A stretch of DNA of 64,000 bases from Bacteroidota bacterium. Its GTDB lineage: Bacteria > Bacteroidota > Bacteroidia > M30B66. A program made the translations under genes and the position numbers. Location: contig CANHIS010000007.1 in the NCBI GenBank assembly GCA_947460255.1, forward strand, positions 4,221-68,220. Direction: 5' to 3'. The notes beneath the pieces are model-generated. The model was not told where the DNA came from. It ran no database searches and saw only the letters and a program-made list of their open reading frames with translations. This document shows positions 50,301 to 58,486 of the stretch, in pieces. The first letter of the stretch is position 1. Each line of letters begins with the position of its first letter.

Positions 50301-52597
50301 CCAGAATCTTTTCCTGCATAACGGTCTGAGATCGCTTGTCTAACACTCTTCCTGTGTTCTTCATCTATAAAATTGAGTAGGCTTAAAGATTTGTAATCAA
50401 TTTCTTCAGGCAAGGCAAAGAGTTTGCGCATGGCATCATTAATCAATTCAGCACGATCAAAATCAACTATTGCAAATGGAATAGGAATTTGCTGAATTAA
50501 ATGCCTATTAAACACTTCGCTTTTCTTTAATCTTTCTTCATTTAAAAGACGTTCAGTGTGATCAGCTCCAACAAGCATGAGTAACTTTTCTCCCGACTCG
50601 GACAATATCGGCGTGGCGGAAAACTCAACTGAAAACTCATGTGTACCTTGTTTTAAATGGCAGTAACAGGTATGTGATTCTCCTTCATTCATGCTGAATG
50701 CGAGAGAAAATTTATCTGTAAATTCCGAACAAAATTCTTCTCGAATGAGAGAAAGCATATTTATATTGAATACTTCACTTTCATCAATACCCAAATGCTG
50801 CTTCGCGGCTTTATTTAAAGATGTTACATTAAAATTCTGATCAACAATAAAAATTAACATTGGATTGTTCTCAAAGAGACTTCTAAATTTGCTCTCCGAA
50901 AGTTGAAACTGCCGCTCAGCTTCTTTCAATTCAGTAATATCTATTCCATAGCCAATAACAAGTTTCATTTCCCCTTGCTCTTCATAAGGATAAAACCTCC
51001 TTAATTTATATCTTACCGAGCCATCTGCTTTGGTGTGTGCATCAATTCTATCGTTGGTTTTCTTGGTAGAAACTACTTCATTAAAAACTGCACGTCTCGC
51101 ATCAGCAATTTCCATCCCTGAACCTTTACGTTCGAAGAAATCATAATCTGTTTTACCAATCAGCCATTTTCTCAATTCATCATTTGCAACAGCTTCCAAG
51201 TTTAGAAACATGTACTTGTGATTTAAATCAAATACCGCTATATCGGCTGGTATATTATTTAAAACTGTTTCGTAAAAGTCTTTTGTTTTTTTGGTTTCAA
51301 TTTCTGCAAGTTTTCCCTTTGTGATATTGGTGATATTTAAACATGCACCTGTAATCTCACTTTGAGCCCCCTTGATCGGATAAACGGTGAAACTAAACCA
51401 AACCCTTTTCTCATCACTTACATCGAAATCAAGATCGAAGGTAATCTGATGCCCCGCCTTTAAAACTGTTTGCACCGAGACTTCGATTGTGCGTGCAAAA
51501 CTGCCTTCAATTAATTCATCCAATTTTGCCCCTTCTTCGATATCAAAACCAAAATATCGTTTGGAATCCTGACGAGCCTTTTGATTAAAATAAGAAATTT
51601 CCTTTTCTGGATTTATTAATATTACCGCACTTCTGGAGCTATTTATTATGGCTTCTATTTGCGCTTGAGTAATCGACTGAAGCTTGGTCATTCTGGACGC
51701 TTCAGTAATATCTACAAAAAATAGGTTCCACGAATTCCTCTCACGAAAAAAATCAATGCGGTAATGTTGACTATTAAATTCAATTAATCCAGCAAATGAT
51801 TCGGTGGAAATTAATTGCGACTGTATTAACAACAGCAGTTCCTTTTTCAAAGAGGGCGCTAATTCACCTTTTTCTTGAAGTAAATTTACAGCTGCAGGAT
51901 TTGAAAACAGAATATCGCAGGTTTCTGAAATTCGCAAAACCGGATTTGGATTCTTGGCAGGAAAACTGGCTAAGTCAACAAAATCAATCACTTTCGACAA
52001 AGAAACCTCTAGTCGAAAACCCAACAATAAATCATTGAAAAAAACTGGATGAATTGCAATCTGATATGATTGATTTTCAAGCTCTAAAGAGTATATCTCT
52101 TGACGTTGATAAGCCCATGCATCAAATAAACTGCTTCCAAACTTCGAAACACTGCTATTGAGACTTTCTTGAAATTTTAATTGGTCTTTCGATTTTCTAA
52201 ACTGAGCATTTGCCCATAGTATTTGCCCGGAATTATCTACAAACAAATAAGTTATTGGTTGATTTTCAAATATTTGATGATGGCATGAAAGAAACTTTAA
52301 CTGCTCTTCTGATTGTTCAGCATTGGAATCTAAAGAGAAGAATTGATATATTGAATGATGGGCTGTTTCGTTGTGTATGACTTTCGAAAAAATCAATTGA
52401 ATTTTGCCATCAAATAATTGAAGAAATTTTGAGCCACTTTCGGAGATAAATTCTTTTGAAAAATGCGCTTGGTAAAACGCCGAAACTTCTTTCCCTTCGA
52501 ATTGCGATGAATTGAGAGATAAGCTGAACTTTTCTTCATCAATTATGCGGAGAATTTGCCCTCCCTTTTCAACCTCAAATTTCAACAACTCCTTCAT
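47324..52597 (-). CDS. Giant (1757 aa) cytoplasmic multi-PAS/PAC (+GAF-like) sensor histidine kinase
   Basis: At least 6 PAS/PAC-like modules. H-box SHNLRAPVANILG. HATPase_c N/G boxes (…NLISNAFKY…DNGRGIDLEK…GTGLGLTMV). No TM segments. Confidence 0.9.
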   Translation of the reverse strand: MKELLKFEVEKGGQILRIIDEEKFSLSLNSSQFEGKEVSAFYQAHFSKEFISESGSKFLQLFDGKIQLIFSKVIHNETAHHSIYQFFSLDSNAEQSEEQLKFLSCHHQIFENQPITYLFVDNSGQILWANAQFRKSKDQLKFQESLNSSVSKFGSSLFDAWAYQRQEIYSLELENQSYQIAIHPVFFNDLLLGFRLEVSLSKVIDFVDLASFPAKNPNPVLRISETCDILFSNPAAVNLLQEKGELAPSLKKELLLLIQSQLISTESFAGLIEFNSQHYRIDFFRERNSWNLFFVDITEASRMTKLQSITQAQIEAIINSSRSAVILINPEKEISYFNQKARQDSKRYFGFDIEEGAKLDELIEGSFARTIEVSVQTVLKAGHQITFDLDFDVSDEKRVWFSFTVYPIKGAQSEITGACLNITNITKGKLAEIETKKTKDFYETVLNNIPADIAVFDLNHKYMFLNLEAVANDELRKWLIGKTDYDFFERKGSGMEIADARRAVFNEVVSTKKTNDRIDAHTKADGSVRYKLRRFYPYEEQGEMKLVIGYGIDITELKEAERQFQLSESKFRSLFENNPMLIFIVDQNFNVTSLNKAAKQHLGIDESEVFNINMLSLIREEFCSEFTDKFSLAFSMNEGESHTCYCHLKQGTHEFSVEFSATPILSESGEKLLMLVGADHTERLLNEERLKKSEVFNRHLIQQIPIPFAIVDFDRAELINDAMRKLFALPEEIDYKSLSLLNFIDEEHRKSVRQAISDRYAGKDSGAVLLRIYDYERTPKIVEVQGALMEIGGRKLNFLTMIDKTAEIHQSKLRKSAELKAQQIIDTALDAVVSTDSQGLIQIWNPKAELIFGWTAEEIKGQNIVDTIIPQFHRNSHSFGMDAHMKTGKSNVLNTLMELTAVNKSGHEFPIEIFITRIEIEGEIIFSSFIRDISLKKQAELQLIASENKLSLLVQSLPVLPFTMSHNNPYEFTYLNERVESLLGYDEVEIAQTPNFWLSKIHPDDVKIVKQNVLTFDSSKQNVLVYRILHSNGHWKWLRETSKLLFNSNGEPISISGVFNDITQQKETDDRRQKVEHTLYEISREEKVSTDSLNEFYSMLFAKLNENFGFTSFSLWELSSDRELYKRIVWHNLNDANTSTEIVALNAEKSRLLNEISIQHASQNDIANGNPSAILHDSLNAIFDLDESIIPIINLVNTDLSNGLILLIENNRSSFEWQSEYASFVGSISELISFNLEYFHRIEADQKLRKAYSLAKIGAWEIEEGRDSVFWSEAMFEFYGLVANSTDPLKFDAVLPFIHPDDLDHFNMVFNRLLNDGIPYKIECRHVLPDLPVRFYEKSAVAITSISGKRIFMGVTVDITDRKIAEKEKTGRIQSEAISNAVAASISVAADLQDLFLRFTEALHNAQIVNGCMLYSDDDVPGTFLPKMIYPEAYQAKLPFITDVQSELNKSWVSLALNETSYFGDQYPNRVIAPVQMPGRGRCYFLFDADNDGIDKADALSLFSTLIKSVQEKAELIHAENQLRLLNNELLDTNVQLRQYSYIVSHNLRAPVANILGCINLYNEEDPADSRNEELINGLKISANSVDNILRDLNKILNIKENVFRQFEVIQFQEIFDFVLENLKNEISKIPRILDIDFSEAAEIKAFKPYMVSVFQNLISNAFKYRAAGRDLKLKIKSSTLSGKVILTISDNGRGIDLEKHGSKLFKLYSRLHNDVPGTGLGLTMVQEQVRVMGGNIQIESKEGEGTTFILTFTIKE
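50890..51280 (-). repeat. PAS-domain coding module that is paralogous to one in the neighbouring 521-aa kinase (53500..53900)
   Basis: Protein segment FYETVLNNIPADIAVFDL…KLVIGYGID[IV]TELK is shared. A 26-nt stretch (atattgtttaaaactgtttcgtaaaa) is identical at 53865-53890 and, apart from one extra 't' after the first 'tatt', at 51251-51277. Confidence 0.75.
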
Positions 52598-52792
52598 AAA
52601 TTGATTAATTCATCTCTTCGAAAGTAAGCAGTAAATAATTTAAATGCGTGAGTGTTAATCCCTATTTTATTTGCTAAAAAATAAACTGTTGGAAAATTTA
52701 TCGCAGCAAAATTTATTCTACATAAAAACCTTAGCCTTCTGAGATAACTGGCCTATAATAGGGTCTGCTAGAATGAAAAATAGATTAAGACC

Positions 52793-54358
52793 TTAAATGG
52801 TCGCGGGAATAAAGAAACCAAATGAAGAACCTTTGTTGATCTCACTTTCTCCAAACACTTCGCCCTCGTGCATTTCAGCTAATTTCTTCACAATCACAAG
52901 ACCTAAACCGGTGCCCTGAATATTTTCAGAATTTGACGCTCTGTAAAATGATTGAAAAAGATTATCCATTTCCTTTTGCGGAATTCCTATGCCGTGGTCA
53001 ATTACTGTTACCTTAAAACCAGTATCAGAAAAATCAAGAACAACTTCTGGAATTTCATCTTCACTGCCATACTTAAATGCATTGCTGATCAAATTTTTCA
53101 GCATATAGGTAATGAAGCTTCTATCAACATTGACGTTAATTGGGGTTCCATTTTCAATTAAACGAATCGAGCGCCCATTGTGGCTAAACAGCTCCTCTTC
53201 TACAATACTTGTAATTAATGCTGATATGTTATTTTCAACAGGATTAAAGTTCATTCTGCCAGCATCAAGTCGCCCCATAAGCAGAATGTTATTCATGATT
53301 TCTGTAATTCTTCTTATTTCTTGTTCAATTCGGCCGTGATGGCGATTAAAAATCGGGGCCAAGGTTTCAATATCCTGGTCGTCTTTGTGTAAATAATGCA
53401 TCAAAATATCCATGCTTGTTTGAATGGATGCCATAGGAGTTCTAAACTCATGTGATGCCATCTGGATAAATTGTGTTTTTAAATCACTTAATCCACGCTC
53501 CTTTTCAAGCAATTCCATCACGGTTTTCTGTGCCATTTTTAGTTCCGTAACATCAATCCCGTAACCTATCACCAACTTTAATTCACCTTGTTCTGTATAT
53601 GGGAAAAATCGTCTCAATTTATAAGCGATCGATCCATCTGGACGCAAGTGTTCATCAATTCCTTCGTGGGTTCTTTGGGTTGTAATCACCTCATTAAAAA
53701 TGGCTCTGCGTGCATCGGCAATTTCTATTCCTGAACCTTTTCGCTGAAAATAATCATAATCATTTTTACCAATAAGCCAATTGCGCAATTCGTCATTTGA
53801 AATCGCCGACAAATTCACAAACAAATAATTGTGGTCAAGATCAAAAACGGCAATGTCTGCAGGGATATTGTTTAAAACTGTTTCGTAAAAACTACGTGTC
53901 CTTTTTAATTCTAATTCAACAGCTCTTCTTGCAGTTAATTCGTGGATTTCAATGGAAACTCCAGAAACAATTCCTTGGTCAATACTGATCGGTTTGATAT
54001 TTATCCCCAACCAAACCAACGAATCAGAGGAGGAATTTACATCAACCTCAAAATTTGAACTTTCCCCAAATTGCATGCAGCGGAAAACATCACGTTCAAA
54101 CTGCACACTAGCGCTATCTTTCGTTGGAATATTTTTAAACGAAGCGCCTACTTTAAATTCTTTATTTAAATAATGATCTCCAAAAAAAACAGCTTTATCA
54201 TTGGAGAAAATCACATTCAAATTCTTATCAAGAAGAATCATTCCATGATCCGAACTTTTACATACAGATTCCAAAAATGCTAACTTTTGCATTTCATCAG
54301 TATGGTCAATTGACAGAGAATTGTTCGTTCGTTCTAACATTCGAAATGATTCAGTCAA
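52793..54358 (-). CDS. PAS-domain sensor histidine kinase (521 aa)
   Basis: Two PAS modules. H-box MASHEFRTPMASI. N/G boxes (…NLISNAFKYG…DHGIGIP…GTGLGLVIV). Confidence 0.9.
   Translation of the reverse strand: MTESFRMLERTNNSLSIDHTDEMQKLAFLESVCKSSDHGMILLDKNLNVIFSNDKAVFFGDHYLNKEFKVGASFKNIPTKDSASVQFERDVFRCMQFGESSNFEVDVNSSSDSLVWLGINIKPISIDQGIVSGVSIEIHELTARRAVELELKRTRSFYETVLNNIPADIAVFDLDHNYLFVNLSAISNDELRNWLIGKNDYDYFQRKGSGIEIADARRAIFNEVITTQRTHEGIDEHLRPDGSIAYKLRRFFPYTEQGELKLVIGYGIDVTELKMAQKTVMELLEKERGLSDLKTQFIQMASHEFRTPMASIQTSMDILMHYLHKDDQDIETLAPIFNRHHGRIEQEIRRITEIMNNILLMGRLDAGRMNFNPVENNISALITSIVEEELFSHNGRSIRLIENGTPINVNVDRSFITYMLKNLISNAFKYGSEDEIPEVVLDFSDTGFKVTVIDHGIGIPQKEMDNLFQSFYRASNSENIQGTGLGLVIVKKLAEMHEGEVFGESEINKGSSFGFFIPATI
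53218..53488 (-). repeat. DHp/H-box coding module about 85% identical at nucleotide level to 55506..55776 in the 766-aa kinase
   Basis: ELKTQFI[QH]MASHEFRTPMASIQTSMD…FNRHHGRI.QEI.R..EIMNN.LLMGRLDAG is shared by the two proteins. Confidence 0.75.
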
Positions 54359-54408
54359 ATTTTGGATTGCTTAATATGAACGAATTGAAGAGCAAATAGT
54401 TTCTTTAA

Positions 54409-55065
54409 TTAATCCCAATTTTGCGAAAGTATTAGCTTCTTGTTGTTCAGGCAGAATCTTAAAAGCGACAAATGCCCTTTCAATCCTAGCTTGTTGGTAA
54501 TGTTCGATCTATGATTTTCGACTGTTTTTAGGCTGATATAATACTTCTTCGAGATTTCGGCAGAAGTTGAGTTTTGTGCAATCTGGAAAATGATTTTCTT
54601 TTCGGTTGGTGTAAGCACGTTCAAATCATCGGACTTTGCTTTGGGCGTGTCGTCGGTTTCGTTCCAAGAAATAGAATCTTGATCTGCCGCTCTGCTTAAT
54701 CGTGCATTTACAGCGCTCAGTAATTCTTCGGCACTAAAAGGTTTTGTTAAATAATCATCAGCTCCCAAATCCATTCCTGTTCTTACGTCTGCACGATCAA
54801 CTTTTGCAGAAATAAAAATAAAAGGCACCTTGCCAGTCGGGTTCAATTTTCTTGTTTCATTTAATACCCAATACCCATCATATCGTGGCATCTTTATATC
54901 GCACAATATGAGATCTGGCTTATAAATTGAAATAAATTGCATGGCTTTATCACCAGCATCCACTGGTAAAACATCATAATTATTCAACTCTAACAGCTCC
55001 GAAATATTTTCTCTAAGTTGCTGTTCATCTTCGATTAGAAGAATCTTCTTCTTGTTAGTTTGCAT
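54409..55065 (-). CDS. NarL/FixJ-family response regulator (receiver + LuxR-type HTH)
   Basis: ILLIEDEQQLREN…LILCDIKMPRYDG… and a C-terminal HTH (…SAEISKKYYISLKTVENHRSNITNKLG). Confidence 0.9.
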   Translation of the reverse strand: MQTNKKKILLIEDEQQLRENISELLELNNYDVLPVDAGDKAMQFISIYKPDLILCDIKMPRYDGYWVLNETRKLNPTGKVPFIFISAKVDRADVRTGMDLGADDYLTKPFSAEELLSAVNARLSRAADQDSISWNETDDTPKAKSDDLNVLTPTEKKIIFQIAQNSTSAEISKKYYISLKTVENHRSNITNKLGLKGHLSLLRFCLNNKKLILSQNWD

Positions 55066-57366
55066 TTATTGCTGCGGAATTAAAATTGAAAATTTAGACC
55101 CTCGGTTTAACGTACTTTCTGCTGAAACAGTTCCAAAATGCATCTCGGTTAACTGCTTGATAATCACTAATCCCAAGCCTGTCCCTTGCATGTCCTCTGC
55201 ATTTGAGGCTCTAAAAAACGACTGAAATAGGCTGTTCAATTCACTCTCTGGAATTCCAATCCCTTTGTCGGTTACCGTTAACATGAAATTCAACTCCTCA
55301 AATTTCAACTCAACAATCGGTTCCTCATTTTGTGCACCATATTTAAACGCATTCGACAAAAGATTCTTCAAAATATGCGTCATGAAACTTCTGTCAATCA
55401 CCATCGGTGACGGGCTTCCAAGCACCTTGTAATGAATGATTGCTCCATCTCTCGAAAGCATTTCTTCATCAATGAGGTTTTTAAAAAACTCAGGCAAATC
55501 AGTCTTCACAGGATTGAAAACCATTTTTCCTGCATCCAAACGTCCCATTAATAAAACATTGTTCATGATTTCCGACATGCGGGTTATCTCTTGAGCAATT
55601 CGGCCGTGATGTCGGTTAAAAACGCCTTTCAAATCATCCCTTTGAACACTATTGTTCGAAACATAATGCTTCAACACATCCATACTTGTTTGAATAGATG
55701 CCATCGGTGTTCTAAATTCATGCGAAGCCATGTGAATGAACTGTGTTTTTAGCTCGCTCAATTCTCGCTCTTTGTTAAAAGCCGAAAGAATATTGGCCTC
55801 GGCTTCCTTCTTTAATGTTATATCACTTTCAACCGCAATGAATTTCACGAGTTCGCCTTTTTCGTTACGAACCGGAGCTACATCAATATAAAACCAAATT
55901 GGATTTCCATATTTATCATAACTCAAAATTTCGCCTTGGTAATCTCTTCCTGCACCTAAATGCTCATAAATGGTTTGAACAGTTGCAGGGTCTGTATCAG
56001 GTCCACTCAACAATATGTGTGGCCGCTGTCCTACAATTTCGTTCAAAGTATAACCCGTTTTTTGAGTAAAAGAATCATTTACCCACGTGATTACCCCATC
56101 AGAATCCGAAATGATTACGCTCAAATTAGTCCGGCTGGCTACAAGTGCCATTTCTTTTAACTCTGCTTCATTCCTCTTTTGGTCGGTAATATTATCGGCA
56201 ATACAAATTAAACCACCATCTGGCAAAACGGTTAAGCACACGCTTTGAAAAATTGGCGCCCCGTCTTTCTTTACGCCTTGACTTTCAAATCGAAGTACAC
56301 CTGCTGTCATTAATTTTGGAAAGACTTCTTTGTTAATTCTTTCAATTTCATCTTTCTGGTAAAGCGTCTGCCAGCTTTTCCCTAATAAATCGGATTCGTT
56401 CTCATACCCAAACAATTCAACATGTTGCCTATTTAGATACAAGTAATTCCCGTCTTTATCGAGCACTGCAATGCCTTCTTGCGCATTTTCGATGGCAAGA
56501 CGCTGATTATATACGATCGTCTCTGCAATCTTGCGTTGGTGAATATTCATCAATGTACCCGAAACTGCACTTTTTCCTCCTGAACTCACCGATTTGCGCA
56601 CATGCAACTCCATCCAAAGAAACTCGCCATTTTGCTTCAATATTCTAAGCTCTTGGCGAATTGTTTGAGAACGACCTGAAACGAGATTTAGAAAGTGGCT
56701 TTGAAAAAGTTCACGGTCTTCCTCAAACACATAATCAACAAATGGAACATGAATGAAGTAAGACAAAGACCTCTCTGTAAGTGTCTCCCATGCAGGATTT
56801 ACAAAAACGCCTTGCCCATGAATATCTAAGGAGAACACAACTTCATCCAGATGATTGATCAAACTCAGATATGACTCATCCTTTTCAGGTAAATGCAAAC
56901 TAGGCGGGTAAACAGTAGTTAAATCCTGCATGGTTCCCGAAATCCCAACCAATTCGCCATAAGAATCAATTTCAGGAGAAAATCGCATCAATACATTTCG
57001 CGTTTCTCCTTGCTCATTCTTAAAGAGTAAAATGCCTTGTTTGGTGGATCCAGTTTGAATGCAAAGCTGACTCAATTCTACCAACATAATTCGTTGTTGG
57101 TCATCAAGATAAGGATTCGGATCAGCAAGATTGATTGTTTCTTGCTTGGGATCTCTGCCGAGGATAGAATATATTTCTTTCGACCATTCACCAAGCCTTC
57201 TATTGAAAACATACAAGTACGTGCCAATTCCTTCTAGCATCTTCTGAGGATGCAAAACAATCTCCTGTGTCTCCAATGTAGATAGATTTAAAGTAGTGGT
57301 TCGTGATTCAACAAAGTTAACCCCTATTTTTTTCCTAAAAATGGGAGGTGACCCCCATTTTAACAC
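55066..57366 (-). CDS. Multi-PAS sensor histidine kinase (766 aa)
   Basis: About 4 PAS/PAC modules. H-box MASHEFRTPMASI. HATPase_c boxes. The stop abuts the start of the LuxR regulator gene. Confidence 0.88.
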   Translation of the reverse strand: MLKWGSPPIFRKKIGVNFVESRTTTLNLSTLETQEIVLHPQKMLEGIGTYLYVFNRRLGEWSKEIYSILGRDPKQETINLADPNPYLDDQQRIMLVELSQLCIQTGSTKQGILLFKNEQGETRNVLMRFSPEIDSYGELVGISGTMQDLTTVYPPSLHLPEKDESYLSLINHLDEVVFSLDIHGQGVFVNPAWETLTERSLSYFIHVPFVDYVFEEDRELFQSHFLNLVSGRSQTIRQELRILKQNGEFLWMELHVRKSVSSGGKSAVSGTLMNIHQRKIAETIVYNQRLAIENAQEGIAVLDKDGNYLYLNRQHVELFGYENESDLLGKSWQTLYQKDEIERINKEVFPKLMTAGVLRFESQGVKKDGAPIFQSVCLTVLPDGGLICIADNITDQKRNEAELKEMALVASRTNLSVIISDSDGVITWVNDSFTQKTGYTLNEIVGQRPHILLSGPDTDPATVQTIYEHLGAGRDYQGEILSYDKYGNPIWFYIDVAPVRNEKGELVKFIAVESDITLKKEAEANILSAFNKERELSELKTQFIHMASHEFRTPMASIQTSMDVLKHYVSNNSVQRDDLKGVFNRHHGRIAQEITRMSEIMNNVLLMGRLDAGKMVFNPVKTDLPEFFKNLIDEEMLSRDGAIIHYKVLGSPSPMVIDRSFMTHILKNLLSNAFKYGAQNEEPIVELKFEELNFMLTVTDKGIGIPESELNSLFQSFFRASNAEDMQGTGLGLVIIKQLTEMHFGTVSAESTLNRGSKFSILIPQQ

Positions 57367-57430
57367 ACCGCTTCATTCAATCGAATTCCTAATTTTGCAA
57401 CCTTCCAGAATAGCGGTTGTTATTGAATTG

Positions 57431-58453
57431 ATGAAAAAAACCAGAACCGGAGTACTCGTAATGCAACTTGGCACTCCAGATAGCCCTGCCACCAAAGATG
57501 TTCGAAGATATCTTCGAGAATTCCTCATGGATCCGCGTGTAATTGATGTTCCTTACATCCTTCGGCAAATCTTGGTAAATGGCATCATCGCAAACTTTAG
57601 AGCGCCAAAATCGGCAAAACTTTACCGCGAAATCTGGACCGACCAAGGCTCTCCGCTGCTCATTTATGGGAAATCTGTAAAAGAGAAACTTCAACACATG
57701 TTGGGCGACGATTATCAGGTGGAACTTGGGATGCGCTATCGAAAACCATCCATGAAAGAAGCCGTTCGTCGATTTAAAACAGCCAAGGTGGATAAAATTG
57801 TATTGCTTCCTCTGTTTCCACAATTTGCGTCCTCATCCACAGGTTCGGCTACCGAATATGCCCTCCGGGAAATATCATCGTGGCAATTCATCCCCGAACT
57901 AAAGGTAATCGGCTCTTACTACAACGATCCAGGTTTTTTAAATCTTTGGATTGAAAAGGGCCGACAGATGCAAATCGAGAATTACGATACGGTGATGTTT
58001 ACCTTCCACGGAGTGCCATGGCGACATATTCGCACTTCTGGATGCGCGGGAACTTGTCAGAAAGGCCCAACCGATTGCCCTATCATTCACCCCGATAACC
58101 ATGTGTGTTACCGAGCGCAATGTTTTACGTCGGCGAAAGCGGTGATCGAAGCCCTTCAAATTCCGAAAGATAAAGCTGTTATCACCTTTCAATCTCGATT
58201 AGGAAAAGATCCTTGGCTCACGCCTTACACCGATAAAACTTTGATTGATCTTGCTGAATCGGGCAAGAAAAAAGTGCTGGTTTTTTCGATGGCATTTGTT
58301 GCCGACTGTCTCGAAACAATCCACGAAGTTGGTGCAGAGTATCAAGAACTCTTCGAAGAACACGGCGGAGAAAAGGTTCAATTAATCCCAAGCTTGAACG
58401 ACGACGAATCATGGATTAAATTCCTATACGAAATGGTAACTTCGCCGCGTTAA
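57431..58453 (+). CDS. hemH: Ferrochelatase
   Basis: MKKTRTGVLVMQLGTPDSP… is the canonical N-terminus, plus conserved ferrochelatase core motifs. The ORF-track 5' extension (57296) overlaps the convergent kinase and is rejected. Confidence 0.9.
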   Translation: MKKTRTGVLVMQLGTPDSPATKDVRRYLREFLMDPRVIDVPYILRQILVNGIIANFRAPKSAKLYREIWTDQGSPLLIYGKSVKEKLQHMLGDDYQVELGMRYRKPSMKEAVRRFKTAKVDKIVLLPLFPQFASSSTGSATEYALREISSWQFIPELKVIGSYYNDPGFLNLWIEKGRQMQIENYDTVMFTFHGVPWRHIRTSGCAGTCQKGPTDCPIIHPDNHVCYRAQCFTSAKAVIEALQIPKDKAVITFQSRLGKDPWLTPYTDKTLIDLAESGKKKVLVFSMAFVADCLETIHEVGAEYQELFEEHGGEKVQLIPSLNDDESWIKFLYEMVTSPR

Positions 58454-58486
58454 ACCTCCGCGACCAAAACCGTTTCCTATCGGATA

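Noticed and set aside
57296-57430. ORF-track 5' extension of hemH (and analogous extensions of yicC at 38186..38233, the lipoprotein at 39529..39570, metG at 8147..8305)
   Set aside because: Extensions overlap neighbouring genes and precede canonical N-termini (MKKTRTGVLV… for ferrochelatase, MIKSMTGFG… for YicC, MRKLL…C lipoprotein signal, [10 protein letters not shown]… for MetRS). Internal starts are far more plausible.
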